NCBI GenBank assembly: GCA_050084985.1
Contig: JBITNC010000001.1
Span: 63,302,001 to 63,366,000 of the forward strand
Direction: 5' to 3'
DNA length: 64,000 nucleotides
Source: Nageia nagi
Taxonomy: Eukaryota; Plantae; Pinophyta
Every line of letters starts with the position of its first letter. The first letter of the stretch is position 1. The notes beneath the pieces were generated by a model. It had not been told where the DNA came from. It was given only the letters and a program-made list of their open reading frames with translations, and did not search any database. Made by a program: the position numbers and the translations under genes. Below are positions 1 to 12,443 of this stretch, piece after piece.

Positions 1-1353
1 GTATTTATATGAGACCAAATTAATACAATATTTGGCTTTTGGAGTTTCTCCTTCATTTTTCCTTCCAATAATAGTGGCATTATGGGCACACTCCTCATTT
101 AGTTTAATTATTTGTTGGATTCCTATTAGTTGGGTGCTTATATTATTGTCTCCTTCAAAAAAAAATCTATCCTTTAATTTGTATAGGAAAAAAATTAATT
201 GATGGTGTAGCAAGGGGACTATAGTTTAAGAAACTTAATTCTCCAAGGCTATTGGTTGCTGCCAGAGGAGAAGAATTCGAATGCAAATTGCTATCTTCTA
301 GACGTGTGCATTCACTGGGGAGAGTAGTCTGAAGGATTTTTTGGCAGGTTTTGTGTTTGAAGGGAAAGCATGAGGGAGGCTGGATGAGGCAACATCGAAG
401 GTTGGAGGTGGTTTACACTGGATGGGAGGAGGGCATCGTGTGTGAATAGGCTGGCTTGTGGAGATGGTGGCTCGCGTTAGGCTAGGGACAAGCTGGTTGG
501 GCAGTGTTTACTCGAGGGGACGTTATAGCAATTGTTCACTATAAAACTAAAGGTTGAACACAAAGATATTTCCAAGCAAAATGTTTGACTTTACAAATTA
601 AATCATTTCCATTGTAAAAACTTCAATGGATTTGGTTAGGCGTGCACTCTACGCTCTTCAACGTTGGACGTTTGTTGGCTAGAACACGTAAGGCAGTTCG
701 TGACAGCGGGTTGGGAGAGTGTTTGCAAGGCTAGTGAATGGGCGCTAAAGAAGTGGAGTGGCAGGGTGGGGAGGCAAACATTGTATCAGCCAATGCAACT
801 TATAGTAGTAGGCAAACCAGATCTATTTTCCTTTACTAACGTCCTCATGGAATGCACTGGGAGTGATGTGGGGGTAAACAAATTTGGTAATTGGGTAGAG
901 TGATTGTGTTGGCTTGCTGAAGGAGCTCAGGCGCGATGCACATTGCTGCCTTAAGGAGTTGTCAAGCAAGAGGCAGATTCGGCAGTGCAAGATGAAAGTT
1001 TTGCTTACTACATACTCGGATACACACTACTCTCTCCTCTCTGCTAACACATAAACTGTGCGTAGTTCTTTTACAATTATTGCTCAAAAAACATAACTCT
1101 TATCTTCACTATATATCATATTTTCGGCAATCTCATTCATATTGGTTAGATTTTTACAATGTTTGGGAGGGAGGGAGAGATCAACATATCGTCTCCTCTC
1201 TTTTTAGATCCTTGAACACAGAATGTTTGTGTTTAAATTATCTCTAAATTATCTCCTTCTTCTTCACTTCTTTAGCATAATCATCCTTAGGCTATGGAAA
1301 ATAATCATAACTTCACTAGGCATATTGAGGAGAGAAGGAAGAGAATAAGTTTT

Positions 1354-1575
1354 GCTCTGATACCATATTGGAGAGAAACTTGAATTGATTCATTGTATTG
1401 ATATTAGCACAAATAAATATATAGAGTAGTCGAGAGTTACATTATTGTACAATAACTTACCATCTCCAATAAACCATAATATCAAAATATAAAACATTAG
1501 AATATATACTAATGTATTTATTAAATATGTAGATACCTTAAGTATTTATTATTAACTAATGTATTATTTCTAATA
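1354..1575 (-). mobile_element. Short 5' LTR (1366-1575) with abutting tRNA-iMet primer binding site (PBS, 1354-1365); probably Copia or non-autonomous
   Basis: GCTCTGATACCA at 1354-1365 is the reverse complement of TGGTATCAGAGC. It is followed by TATTGGAG...CTAATA (decayed TG...CA termini). The junction is the same as at 23081-23100. The RT of element B ends at this LTR. Confidence 0.7.
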
Positions 1576-1576
1576 A

Positions 1577-4324
1577 AAGCATGACCACCTAACAAAATGT
1601 GCCTCAAGGAGTAATAAATGTTATCTTATGTTTATCTTCCTTGTTAATCCTTATTTGATTATAGCTGGAAAAACCATCCATGAATGATAAAATCTCATGG
1701 TATGTTTTAGAATCTATAATCATATCAATATTAGGTAGAGGAAAGGCATCTTTTGGGCATGCCTTGTTAATATCTCTAAAATATGTGCAACATCTTATCT
1801 CACTATTAGGCTTGGCTACATGGGCAATGTTAGAAATATAGGGAGAATAATTAATAGGAACAATAAAACCAATAGTAAGATATTTTTTTATTTCATTCTT
1901 AATTACTAAAGCACATTAGGATGCATTTTCTTAGGTTTTTGTTGTATGAGTTTAGCATCATTATTGACAACTAAAGTATGAGTGAAAAAATCATAATCTA
2001 GACTAGGCATATCAAAATAAGACCAAGCAAACACATAAAAAAAACTTTTTCAATAGTAGGTGATACCTTTCCCTTTCTTCCAAGGTTAACCAAGCTCCTT
2101 TGGTGCATATTTGGTTCCAATATTTACTTTCATTATTTCTTCACTTAAGCAACATATTTTATTGCTAAGTTGAAGAGGCATCGATAATGCCTCCAATCCT
2201 GCATCTAAACTCAATCGTCAGAGATACAAAGAATGAAGTGGTACCACCCAACCCTTAGTAGCATCATCCTAAAAAGGACATGAAAACCTAACTTTTAAAT
2301 ACCTATCTACTTAGTGCTACTCGTAAATTTATGAAAAATGGAGAAGAAAAGGTTCAAATATCAATAAACAAACCTACAATAGCCTCATCATCTTTGCATA
2401 CCTCTTCTCCAAAATAAGCCTAATAACGTAACATCCATGTGGTTATTAACTTCTTTTAACTAGATTTTGGGAAATCACACGTAGTCCCCATCATCTCAAG
2501 AATACAATCATCATTTCAAAAAATATCCAATTGTACAAGAGCACTAAGTAGTAAAAATGGATCATCATAGTAAGATTGCAATTCCTCCCTTGGTTTATGC
2601 ATGATGGTATAATGTAGTCATTCGTAAAACATAAAATGATCTCCATATTGCTCTATAATCTCAATACTTTCAATAATATGGATGGAATACTCTACTTTAG
2701 ATGTTGATTCTTCAAATCTAATACCTGAGGTTCTCTTATGTTGATCATCATTTGGAATTGGTTCCACAATGCCTTGCTCATCCTTACCTAATCCTTTACC
2801 ACCATGCTAATATTTCTCCATATATTTACTAGCAAAAGTAGAATCAATACTATTAAAATGCATACTTACTTGACCTATCAAAGTTTTAGGAATTGATGAA
2901 TATTTTCCTCTTACTCTTGGTAAAGATTTCTAACATCCAGAATAGGGTCCATTGATTCTTCATGAAGGGGACAACATCATCTGGAATCATCCTCCTCTAA
3001 GCATCTTCATTGATCTTCAAACACAAACAAGGGTCATCACAGCTCCTTTAAGCTCTACCAAATATCTAAATACAAAATTTGATATATTCCTATGCTTACC
3101 TCTTGTGAAGTTACATCTTTGATAGGTCTTCCATACCTTCATCATCAACCAAATTATAAGGAATCCAAAATCTTTGAGTTAGTTGAGATAAATTTGTTGC
3201 ATTTTCCTTAGCATGAATTGTAACTATTTTACCTTTATACATGAATTTAATCAATTGATGGTGAGTGGAAGTTACAACCCTAATCTTATGAATCCAAGGC
3301 CTACCCATTAACAAATTATACTACAATTTTTATTGAAAAACATAAAAGTTTTTAATTAACATATTTACCTCCTACTTCACTATGCATATTAACATAACCA
3401 ATGCATTCTTTTTCAGTATTATCAAAGCCTTTAATACCAATAGTAGTTCTCCTCATACTTGCATAAATAGATGAAAAACATTTTTGTAATAAATCAATAG
3501 AGCAAACATTTACATTAGACCTTGTATCAATCAATGCTTTTTTTTAAGGAATAGCATTAATATTTATGTAGATATATAGGCCTAAGTTCTTTTTGATAAC
3601 ATATTCACTAGGCAACTCACTATCTTGAAAGAAAAGCATGTTACAAGTTAAATTCATATTAAGATTAGCAACTAATTTAGTAAATTTTGCAATAGGAATA
3701 TCATCACCTATCCTAGTCTTCTTTAATGCATCAAATAGTGTATTTCTATGGTATAAGTATAATTGTAAAAGATCAAAAATACTTATCTTGGTATGTATTA
3801 CCTTTAACTATTCCAAAAGTTGTTGCACACCTAGATTATGTGGAATCTCTCTTCTTTCAGTTGTTTTCAAGTGAACATCTCCTTTAGGCCTCCTTTGAGT
3901 GATGATGCATCATTCCATGTCAAAAATAACATTTGCATTGAGAAGTTTGCCTCTTTCAATCCCTTCCTCAAAATCATGCAAGCATTAGTTGTGTGACCTT
4001 TGACCTTATGATATTCACAAAAGGTCTCTTCATTGTACCAAATAGGCTTTTCATCATTGGGTCCCAATTCTCTTTGTGTATTAGGACCAATTAATCTCTT
4101 TTGTAAGCAATCTCTAAACATAATTATAAGAGCTATAGGTAACCTAATAGTTCTTCAAAAAATTTCCTTAGCTTGATTTTTTTGTTATCCCTTACTTTAA
4201 GGCTTTTCAATAGAATAAAATTCTTTGACTTCTTTTTTCTTATATCCTCCTTTTTTTCTCTTTAGAAGGATTTCCATATTTTAACTTTCCCATATCAACC
4301 AAACATTTTTTCTTTTGAACCAAT
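1577..4324 (-). mobile_element. Ty3/Gypsy Ogre/Tat-like element B, right part: gag end, protease, G-patch and RT N-terminus (degenerate)
   Basis: Gag zinc knuckle WYNEETFCEYHKVKGHTTNAC (3867-4121). Protease IDTRSNVNVCS and LMGRPWIH (3111-3534). G-patch STFASKYMEKY*HGGKGLGKDEQGIVEPI (~2755-2850). RT FRDINKACPKDAFPLPNIDMIID...SFMDGFSSYNQI (~1640-1790). Many stops and frameshifts. Confidence 0.88.
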
Positions 4325-4329
4325 CTATG

Positions 4330-4940
4330 TGTAGACGAAAAATAATGCATAAATGATAAAACAAAGCACTATTTGTCTACAATGTAAAATTGAAGCATAT
4401 ATCATAAATATGGCATCAAATGAACATGATAATCAATGTACCTTCATTGCATTCACATCAACATGAAATAATATAGATCATATCCATAACACACCATAGA
4501 AAATGCATGTCACCAATAGCCTAGAATCACATCACTAGTTGTGTGGAAGAAGCGAATCTACAAATAGAATAAAAGATATATGATAGTGAGATAAAAGGTT
4601 TAAGAGATCTATGCAGAGGTGGTGTTACAAAATACCATTTTTGGTCGGATAGAATGATCTTGCATATTTTGATTTCTCTCTCTTGATATCTACTGATATC
4701 ATTTATATTGCCTTTGATATTCTTTTACAGCAATATATTGATCCTCTTTGATTCTTGGGATCATTATCCATTACATTGTTTACGGTGTCTTTCTTGATAT
4801 TTGAGCCTTTTTACATCATATAATGGCCATTACATTGATTACATTATCTTGGGTACATTTTACCCTTTTTTTACAATAAATCTCTTAATGTTATAAAATG
4901 AATTATTTAATAAATAATAATTCATTTTTAGGCATCTATA
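4330..4940 (-). repeat. 3' LTR of element A
   Basis: Aligns by eye along its length with 20308-20924; adjacent to the PPT. Confidence 0.92.
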
Positions 4941-5510
4941 TTTTTCCCCTCTTTGGAGGTGTGATTGAAGCAATGAAATTGCATATCCAAAGAAGAAGTA
5001 TATAAGAAAATTTGAGAAATTTGAATTCTCTATCCAACAATGCCATTTGATGATGATGAGGGTCCTTTGTTGCCTCCTTTTGACTTGGTTCCCCAAAAAA
5101 GATCCTTGAGTGGTGTAGCCAAGACAAATCTAAAGAATTGTATTCTTTTCCCTTTGCAATATTTTTGCCATGGAAGGAACTCTGCTACAAAATAGTCTTA
5201 TGGCCCCATGTTCAATCTTCAAAATAGAAGAGGTTATTTTTTCCCTTACACTTTTCAACCATGAATTTTTCTATTACATCATTTCTCATATTCAGAAATT
5301 TGATGGACTTATGTACATACCTTGATACATAAGAGGTCACTTGATTTAAGCTTTATTATCATTGAAAAGCATGTTGTTGATGGCATATGAATAGTATAGC
5401 ATGTTGCTAACAATGTAGAGTTTGCATCAATTTCTTTCCTTCTTTTGATGTAAACACTTGCAAAAGGTGTTAGATATATCATGCATAAAAATATTTTAGA
5501 TACATAATGA

Positions 5511-5818
5511 GTTGCATCATCCATTGATGATGAGTCAATATCAGCAATCTATTTATGGTTGCATCTCTGGTTTAACTTTTAAATGAGTGAACTCTCACTA
5601 GTTGTATCGATGGCTATCAATGATCATACATTTTATGTATATGACCCTAAGACATTATATTTGGTATGATTCAAAGCAAAAACCATATGGATACATAGCA
5701 ATGTTGTATCATCCATTGAGGGTGAATCAATATCCATATCTTGCTTACAATTGTATTATCGGTTTGTCTTTTAAGTGAGTGAACTCTCATTAGCCATATC
5801 GAATGCCATTGGTGACCT
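5511..5818. repeat. Degenerate ~192-bp tandem duplication; (TA)n tract at ~5860-5890
   Basis: GTTG(C/T)ATCATCCATTGA...TGAGTGAACTCTCA occurs at 5511 and 5703. Confidence 0.7.
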
Positions 5819-5860
5819 AAGGTTTATTTGTCCATGATTCGTAGATATTATATTGTCATC

Positions 5861-5893
<33 letters not shown>

Positions 5894-6061
5894 CAATGAT
5901 GACAATATAATGTCTATGGACCATGGAAAATATATGTAGTTGGCGATGTGTTCATAGTAAATGCATGTTGTTAGTTGTGTGGAAATAATTAAAGAAATTA
6001 CATAAATAAAAGTAAACAATAAAATACATGTACCTTGCACTAAATATTTATTGTGTTACAA

Positions 6062-8856
6062 GGTACGAGGTTATGATATTCTCTATCAAGAATTCAATAT
6101 CTTATCTTGCGTAACTAATTTTATTAGAATGGCTTCAACCCATTTCGTAGTAAATTATGTAGCTATGATAATGAATCTATGACCTTTCCTTGAATGTGGA
6201 TTGATAAGTTTGATCAAATATATGCCCCATATTGCAAACAACCAAGGTAAAACTATGGAATTCAACTCTTGAGTTAGTTGTTTCTCCAAATTTGCATGCT
6301 TTTGACATTATAGATAGGATCTAACATAATTTTTGCAGTCCTTCTCTATTGTAAGCCAATAGTACTCGATTCATAAAAGCTAAGTGTATAATGATTTTGC
6401 ATGAAAATATTCTCCACACAAACCATCATGTGTTTGTTCTAATTTTTTTTTTTTCATGTTATGTTAGACATCTCAACAAAGATCCATCAAATGACCTTCT
6501 ATATAACACTTCACTAATAATCAAATACTTAATAGTTTTCCTCTTTAATCTAACTTTTTCATTTCTATCAAAATTTATTGGAATTGTTTGATCTTTAAAT
6601 AATTGTAAATGTAAACATTTCATTACTAAGGATCACTCTCTATATCAAGATGGCATTTATGTACTTCATCTCTATGATCAAGGTGAGAAGGTGTACCAAT
6701 CTTTCAAATCTTGAGGATGGTTTCTTCATTTCTATCTCAATAAGTGTAATGAAGTTGCACTTGCCATTTCATTGCATACCTATTATTGGTCCTTGGAATG
6801 TTTTGAATATTGTACCTATGAAACTCATCAAGTAACTCAAAAATCATTATCTTATATGGTTTTAAATTTTCATCCTTTGTATTATATGTATCATTAACTT
6901 GATTTACCATGAGCTATGAATCATCATAAATCTTTAAATCTTTTATTTTCAATAGTATAGTTTCTTTTAATCCCAAAATCAAAGCTTCATACTCTACCAT
7001 ATTATAGTGCACTCAAATCCAAGTTTATAAGCCATAGGAATTACCTTATTTGTAGGAGACACAAAACAATACCTACCACTTCTCTATAAGAATACTTAGA
7101 TCCATTCGAAATATAGGGTCAAGGTTGTTGTTTCATCTTCCATGTAGAACATGAACTCATTTGGGATTGTCATGTCATTACTATCATATCATTTACGACC
7201 TTCTTTCAATATTATGCATCGTTGATGACATGAATCATCATCATAATCATTTGGGGACTCTTCATATACTATTGTTCCATCATTATGAGGGAAATATTTG
7301 CTATGTCATGGATTTTTTCTTTACCACATTATGTCAAATTCTTAATAACATCAACCACTTAGCTACTCTTTAGATAAATTTTCTTTTGCTACAAGATATT
7401 TTAGTAGGTTAATGGGCTAACAACATATGTAATGCATATAAAAGATAATGCCTCAATTTTTTTGTAGCAAAAACAATACCAAATAAATTTTTTCCATATG
7501 TGTATATTTAGTTTCATAATTAACAAGAGTTTTGCTATGGTAGGAGATTGCCCTTTCTTTATTCTCATCATCTTTTTGACATAACATTTCCCCCAAGGCA
7601 TACAATGTGGTTGATACATAAAGATAAGTAGGCATTGTAAAATCCATAGGCACTAGAATGTGAGGATTTAACAAGTATTATTTTATATCTTCAAATCTTT
7701 TTGATATTTTTCATCCCACACAAACTTTACATCCTTTTTCAACAAATAAATAAATAGCCTACATTTATCTTCAAATTTGAAAATGAATCTTCTTACAAAA
7801 TTTATCTTTCCTTGAAAATCCTTAGTTTCTTGAGGTTCCTTGGGGTTGGCATGCTTATTATGGCTTTTACCTTTTAGGATCTACTTCAATACCCCTTTTT
7901 GAAACCATGAATCTAAGCAATTTTCCTAAAGTGACACCAAAAGCATACTTTTGAGGTTTGATTCAAAATTATACTTTTGTAGGATTTAAAATACCTCTTT
8001 AAGGAGCTCTACATGGTCTTGGCCTTGCTTTTATTTGACTAAGATATCATTAACATGCACTTTTATTAATTTATGAATATGCTCATGGAACATGGACACC
8101 AAAACCCTTTGATAAGTAGCACCTACATTTTTTAATCCAAAAGTCATAACCTTCCAACAAAAATTTTCCCATGGTGTAGTAAAAGGAGTCAATTGTTGAT
8201 CATACAGATTGATTAGTATTTGGTTATATCTTAAAATCCATCCATAAAAGATACAGTATCATGACCAGCAATACTAGCCACAATCATATCAATATTAGGT
8301 AATAGAAAATCATCTTTTAGATAAGATTATTGATAATACAAAAATCAATAAAAACCATTATTTCTCTAGTAGGTTTTATAACAAGAATAATGTTAGCCAT
8401 CTATTCTAATAATCAATTGGTTTAATGAATCTAGCATTCAAATATTTCTATATCCCTTTCTTGACTAATAATTCCTTGGAAGGATGCATCTTTCTTGATT
8501 TTTTTTTAATTGGTTTAGCTCCATTTTTAAGTGGTAAATTATGCATAACAAGAGAAATATTTAAACTAGGCATATTATGCATAAGATGAAGTAAAAATAT
8601 TTCGATTTTCAATAAATTTATTTTTGTACCTTTCTTGTTGAGATGTAGGAAGGGTTGCTCCAACTTTGACCAACTTTTGCTCATCACTTGTCCCAATATT
8701 GATGTCTATTAGATCTTTTGTTGAGAATGTTAATTCATCCTTTTTCTATAACAATGAAAGAAGCTCTTGTAATCCCTATATCTCACTTGTATCATATCAT
8801 GCTAAACCTAAAACACTTCATTAAAATTCACCTTTTTTCTAAAATATCCATACTCA
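6062..8856 (-). pseudogene. Element A pol remnant: RT, RNase H, additional archaeal-type RNase H (aRH) and integrase N-terminus
   Basis: RT FTTPWGKFCWKVMTFGLKNVGATYQR (~8110-8185). RH NLVNYETKYTHMEK-like segment (7453-7674). aRH KVIPMAYKLGFEC...EYEALILGLK (~6970-7050). Integrase TKWVEAILIK (~6120-6150). Confidence 0.85.
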
Positions 8857-8861
8857 TTGAG

Positions 8862-9356
8862 TGTTGGAATTTATAATGCATTATTGTAAAGGTTTGTATT
8901 AAATCTTCTATGTAAGTTCACTAATACTTAAGGGTATTATTTGATACCTTAAGTATTTAAATGAATATAATAATGTAATTTGTCCTACACTCCATGTCAT
9001 GAGCATGCCCCTTGGGTAAAAGGATGTGCATGTCATGCTTTTGTACATTGGATAAAAGGGTGATCTAAAGAGGGATTTTGATCTATTAATAGAAGGCTCC
9101 CTCTTTGTGATTATACACCAATTTTTAGAGTAAATTTATGCTATATGATAGAAGTGTAGGAGTTGAGATTAAGAGGATTGTAAGAGAGTTGTATTTATGA
9201 TTGAAGTAAAGATCTAGTTAGTGGATGTACTCCTAGTTGGAGGAACCACTTACATATTGTGTTGTGAGATTGCTTTGTGAATTTGTTAGATGTGAATTGA
9301 GAGCTTTCATGTGATCTTGTTGATTAGGAATTATCTTGTTAGTGTTAGTTCTTTCA
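8862..9356 (+). repeat. 5' LTR of Copia C
   Basis: Direct repeat of 17166-17658, followed by the PBS. Confidence 0.95.
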
Positions 9357-12300
9357 AATTGGTATCAATGCTCCTTGGAGGCTTCTCTTCAGATCCTTGG
9401 TGTTAAAACTCTTCTTCTACAACTTGGTGATTTTCATTCTTATTCTACACCTCATCTTTCATTTCATTGTTGAGGTAAAAATAAAATAAGGTATAAATTC
9501 CTTCCCTCTTAGTTATTTTTTATTATTGCATCATGTTACTAACATTTTATTTGTTACATGTTAGTTCTTTTGAGCATAATATGGCTAACAAAATTGCAAA
9601 AAAAAAATAGTTTATGCTAACCTCCTATGATTACTTGCAATTTTTTAGTTGCTACAATTTTTTTTAGAAGGGGTTATTATATAGTATTTGTGTAATATTA
9701 CAAAGGTAGTACTACTTTGTAACATTACAAAATATGTTTAAAAAAATAATAATAATTAAGAAGTATGATGCATTTTTTTTTGTTTCTACCATCTTTTTTA
9801 ATAATAAGAGGGGAGAGCTTAGTGAACAAATTGCAATATTTCACAAATTATTCACAAGAAGGGAATATTTGTAGCAAAACAAAATATATAAGAAAAATAT
9901 GATTTTATTTAATAAAAATTCTTGGAACAAGGCTTTGTTTTTTTTTTTTTATGCAGCATTTTCTTAATCCTCGTTAGCATGTCCCTAGTGGCTATTAGCC
10001 ACCTCTTTCCCCTCCACTTCACCTATAGGTTGTTGAGCCCCTCCTATGTATTTTTTGTTATTTTAGATAGAACCTTTTTTAATTTGTAATCTTCATCTCC
10101 ATGTCCTTAGTGGCTATTAGCCACCTCTTGGCCCTCCACTCCACCTATAGGCTACTCCATGGAATCTGAGCCCCTCCTTCTATGCATTTTTTGACAAGAC
10201 CCCATGACCTCATGCGCGCATAGTAAAACAACCCATTAACTAGGCCCCTACAAACACTGACCTCTATCTCCTTGCCCCTCCTTGGCAATGACCTAACCCC
10301 ATGTAGGCTAGTCCTATGTCATGCATGTCCTCCTTTGTACCTTAGCACTTCTCTCACATCTAGAGAAGGTTTGTTTAGGGGATGGAAATCAATCTTGGCC
10401 TATTTCGATTACCTATCACCTAAGTAGGAGGGCTCCTATTTAATGCACCCTCTCCTCTATCACAGTTGACCTCTACTCACCCTCTCCTATTTGTGACCTG
10501 TGCATTTTTTTAAAGTTGGATCTCCTCCTCTACCATGGTTCAACCTGATCCGGTAGACTACAAACCACATGCTGCTTCTAGCCTAACTCCATATTGCTCA
10601 ATAAAACATAAAGCTTTCTCTAAAAAGGAGGGACTTCCATCAAATCTTCCAATGTAAGCAGGATCAACCAACCAACAACCAAAGACTTCACTGGCCTATT
10701 TTCCCTCCATAATTCTACTTGTCTCCTCCATCGATCTGGTCAAGTGGCTCGCATGACCTACTCCACACACTACACCTCCCTCTCCTATCATAGCCCTCTA
10801 CATGATCCCCCCTCTCATTTTTGCAATTTTTTCTTTTTTTTCACTTATTTTCTTTCTGCCTACCTACAATAAATTCTTGGTAGGTGACCGTATGCTTTAA
10901 ATTTTTTTAGGTTGCTCTCATAAATATTTTTTGTCTCCCTTGACAAGTAAACTTAGAGCATTAATGAATTTTTTGAAGTGGCATAGAGAATAAGGAAAAA
11001 TTTATGATAACTTATTAATTTTTTACCTTGTCCACTTGGAGAAGATCTTAAGAAAAGTTCTAAAAGATTTATTTTTAAGAGAACCTTTTTTTACTTAGAT
11101 ATTGTTCTTAAGTAAAAATAAGAAGATATATTTCTACGTAAAAAAAAAAAAAAAATTGGTCAATATTCATTAACAATTTTTTAATAACAATTCCTTTTAC
11201 CTTTGTTTAATTAGGTAAAAAGGGTAATCATAGCATTATTATTAGTAATAATAGAGGAATTTATACTCAATTTTAAAATCTTCTTCATCATTCAAAATTG
11301 CAAATAATTAGAAGATAATTTTGTTTCAGCATACAAATATTTTTTTATCTAAAGTAAAGCTAGTATGTTATCTCTAGGGGATAATTTTGAAGTAAAAGAT
11401 GGGGAAATTGTATAAATCTTTTACTTAAATTTTTAGTACATGCTTCTTACTTAATTTATTAAAATAATGCATGCTTACTTAATTTTTTAAAAGCTATGTA
11501 AATAATGCATTTTTTTTAATGCTTAAAGCTTAATTTTTTAAATGTCATGCTCAAGGACTTAAATTTTTAAGTTAATGCTTAGGACTTAAAAATTTTTAAG
11601 ATGCATGCTTATATTTTAAGAATGCATGTTGAGAATTTTTATGCAAAGTATGGAATGGACTTGTGCAAAATAAATGATGATGTAAAGATATCCTTTAATG
11701 GTTGGTAAACAAAACCCATTGGACACTTAAGTTTCAAATTTTTTGTATGGATGATGTTTTACTTATACTTTTTTACTTCATGTTTCAAATTTTGATTTAT
11801 TTGCTTATACAAACAAAAATAAAAATATTTATATGAGCAACTCCTTAAAATGAACACATCCGCATATACATTTTGCAACATGACTTATTTGGGGAGCCAT
11901 GAGGTGAGGATAGGTGAACTGGAGCCTTTAAGTTCAATTATCTAAATGGTAAAAAGTTTGTACTTTGTAATTTCCTCTAAGTTCTCTGTTGGTTTGGACA
12001 TAACTCTATTAGATGGATAGGCATGTGTGTAGTGATACCACATATTTGCACATCCATTTAGGGATTATCCTGATAACCTAGGAAGATAACTTGAAACCTA
12101 ATCAAGATTAATAATTTGGTACATCCAATAAATATCAAAATCTTAAAAAATAGCTAGTACTTATTGTGAGAGTATATTGCTACCCAAGGGAAATTGGTTA
12201 AAGATTGGTAAGATTGAGCTCCTCTTGTGTGGGCATCCAAGTGAAGGCCTAAGTTTAAACAAGCAAACAAACCTCAATAATGACACTCTACATCTACAGT

Positions 12301-12443
12301 TCTTGAAATGAGAAATGTATTTGAATACATGGGTTATTATTTGAATTGTAAAACATTTGCACTTGTGAAATCAAATCAAGCATATTTTTAATGTTAAAAA
12401 TAACATGTATTATTTACTTGGTTAAAATTTAACATTTAATATT

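Noticed and set aside
206-1158. Possible solo LTR (TGTA...TACA, GC-richer interior)
   Set aside because: Flanks GATGG and ATGTT do not form a clean 5-bp TSD, and there is no second copy in the window.
1354-1365. tRNA-Met PBS as a sign of an endogenous caulimovirus
   Set aside because: It abuts an LTR-like terminus, and no movement, coat or viral RT motifs were recognised nearby.
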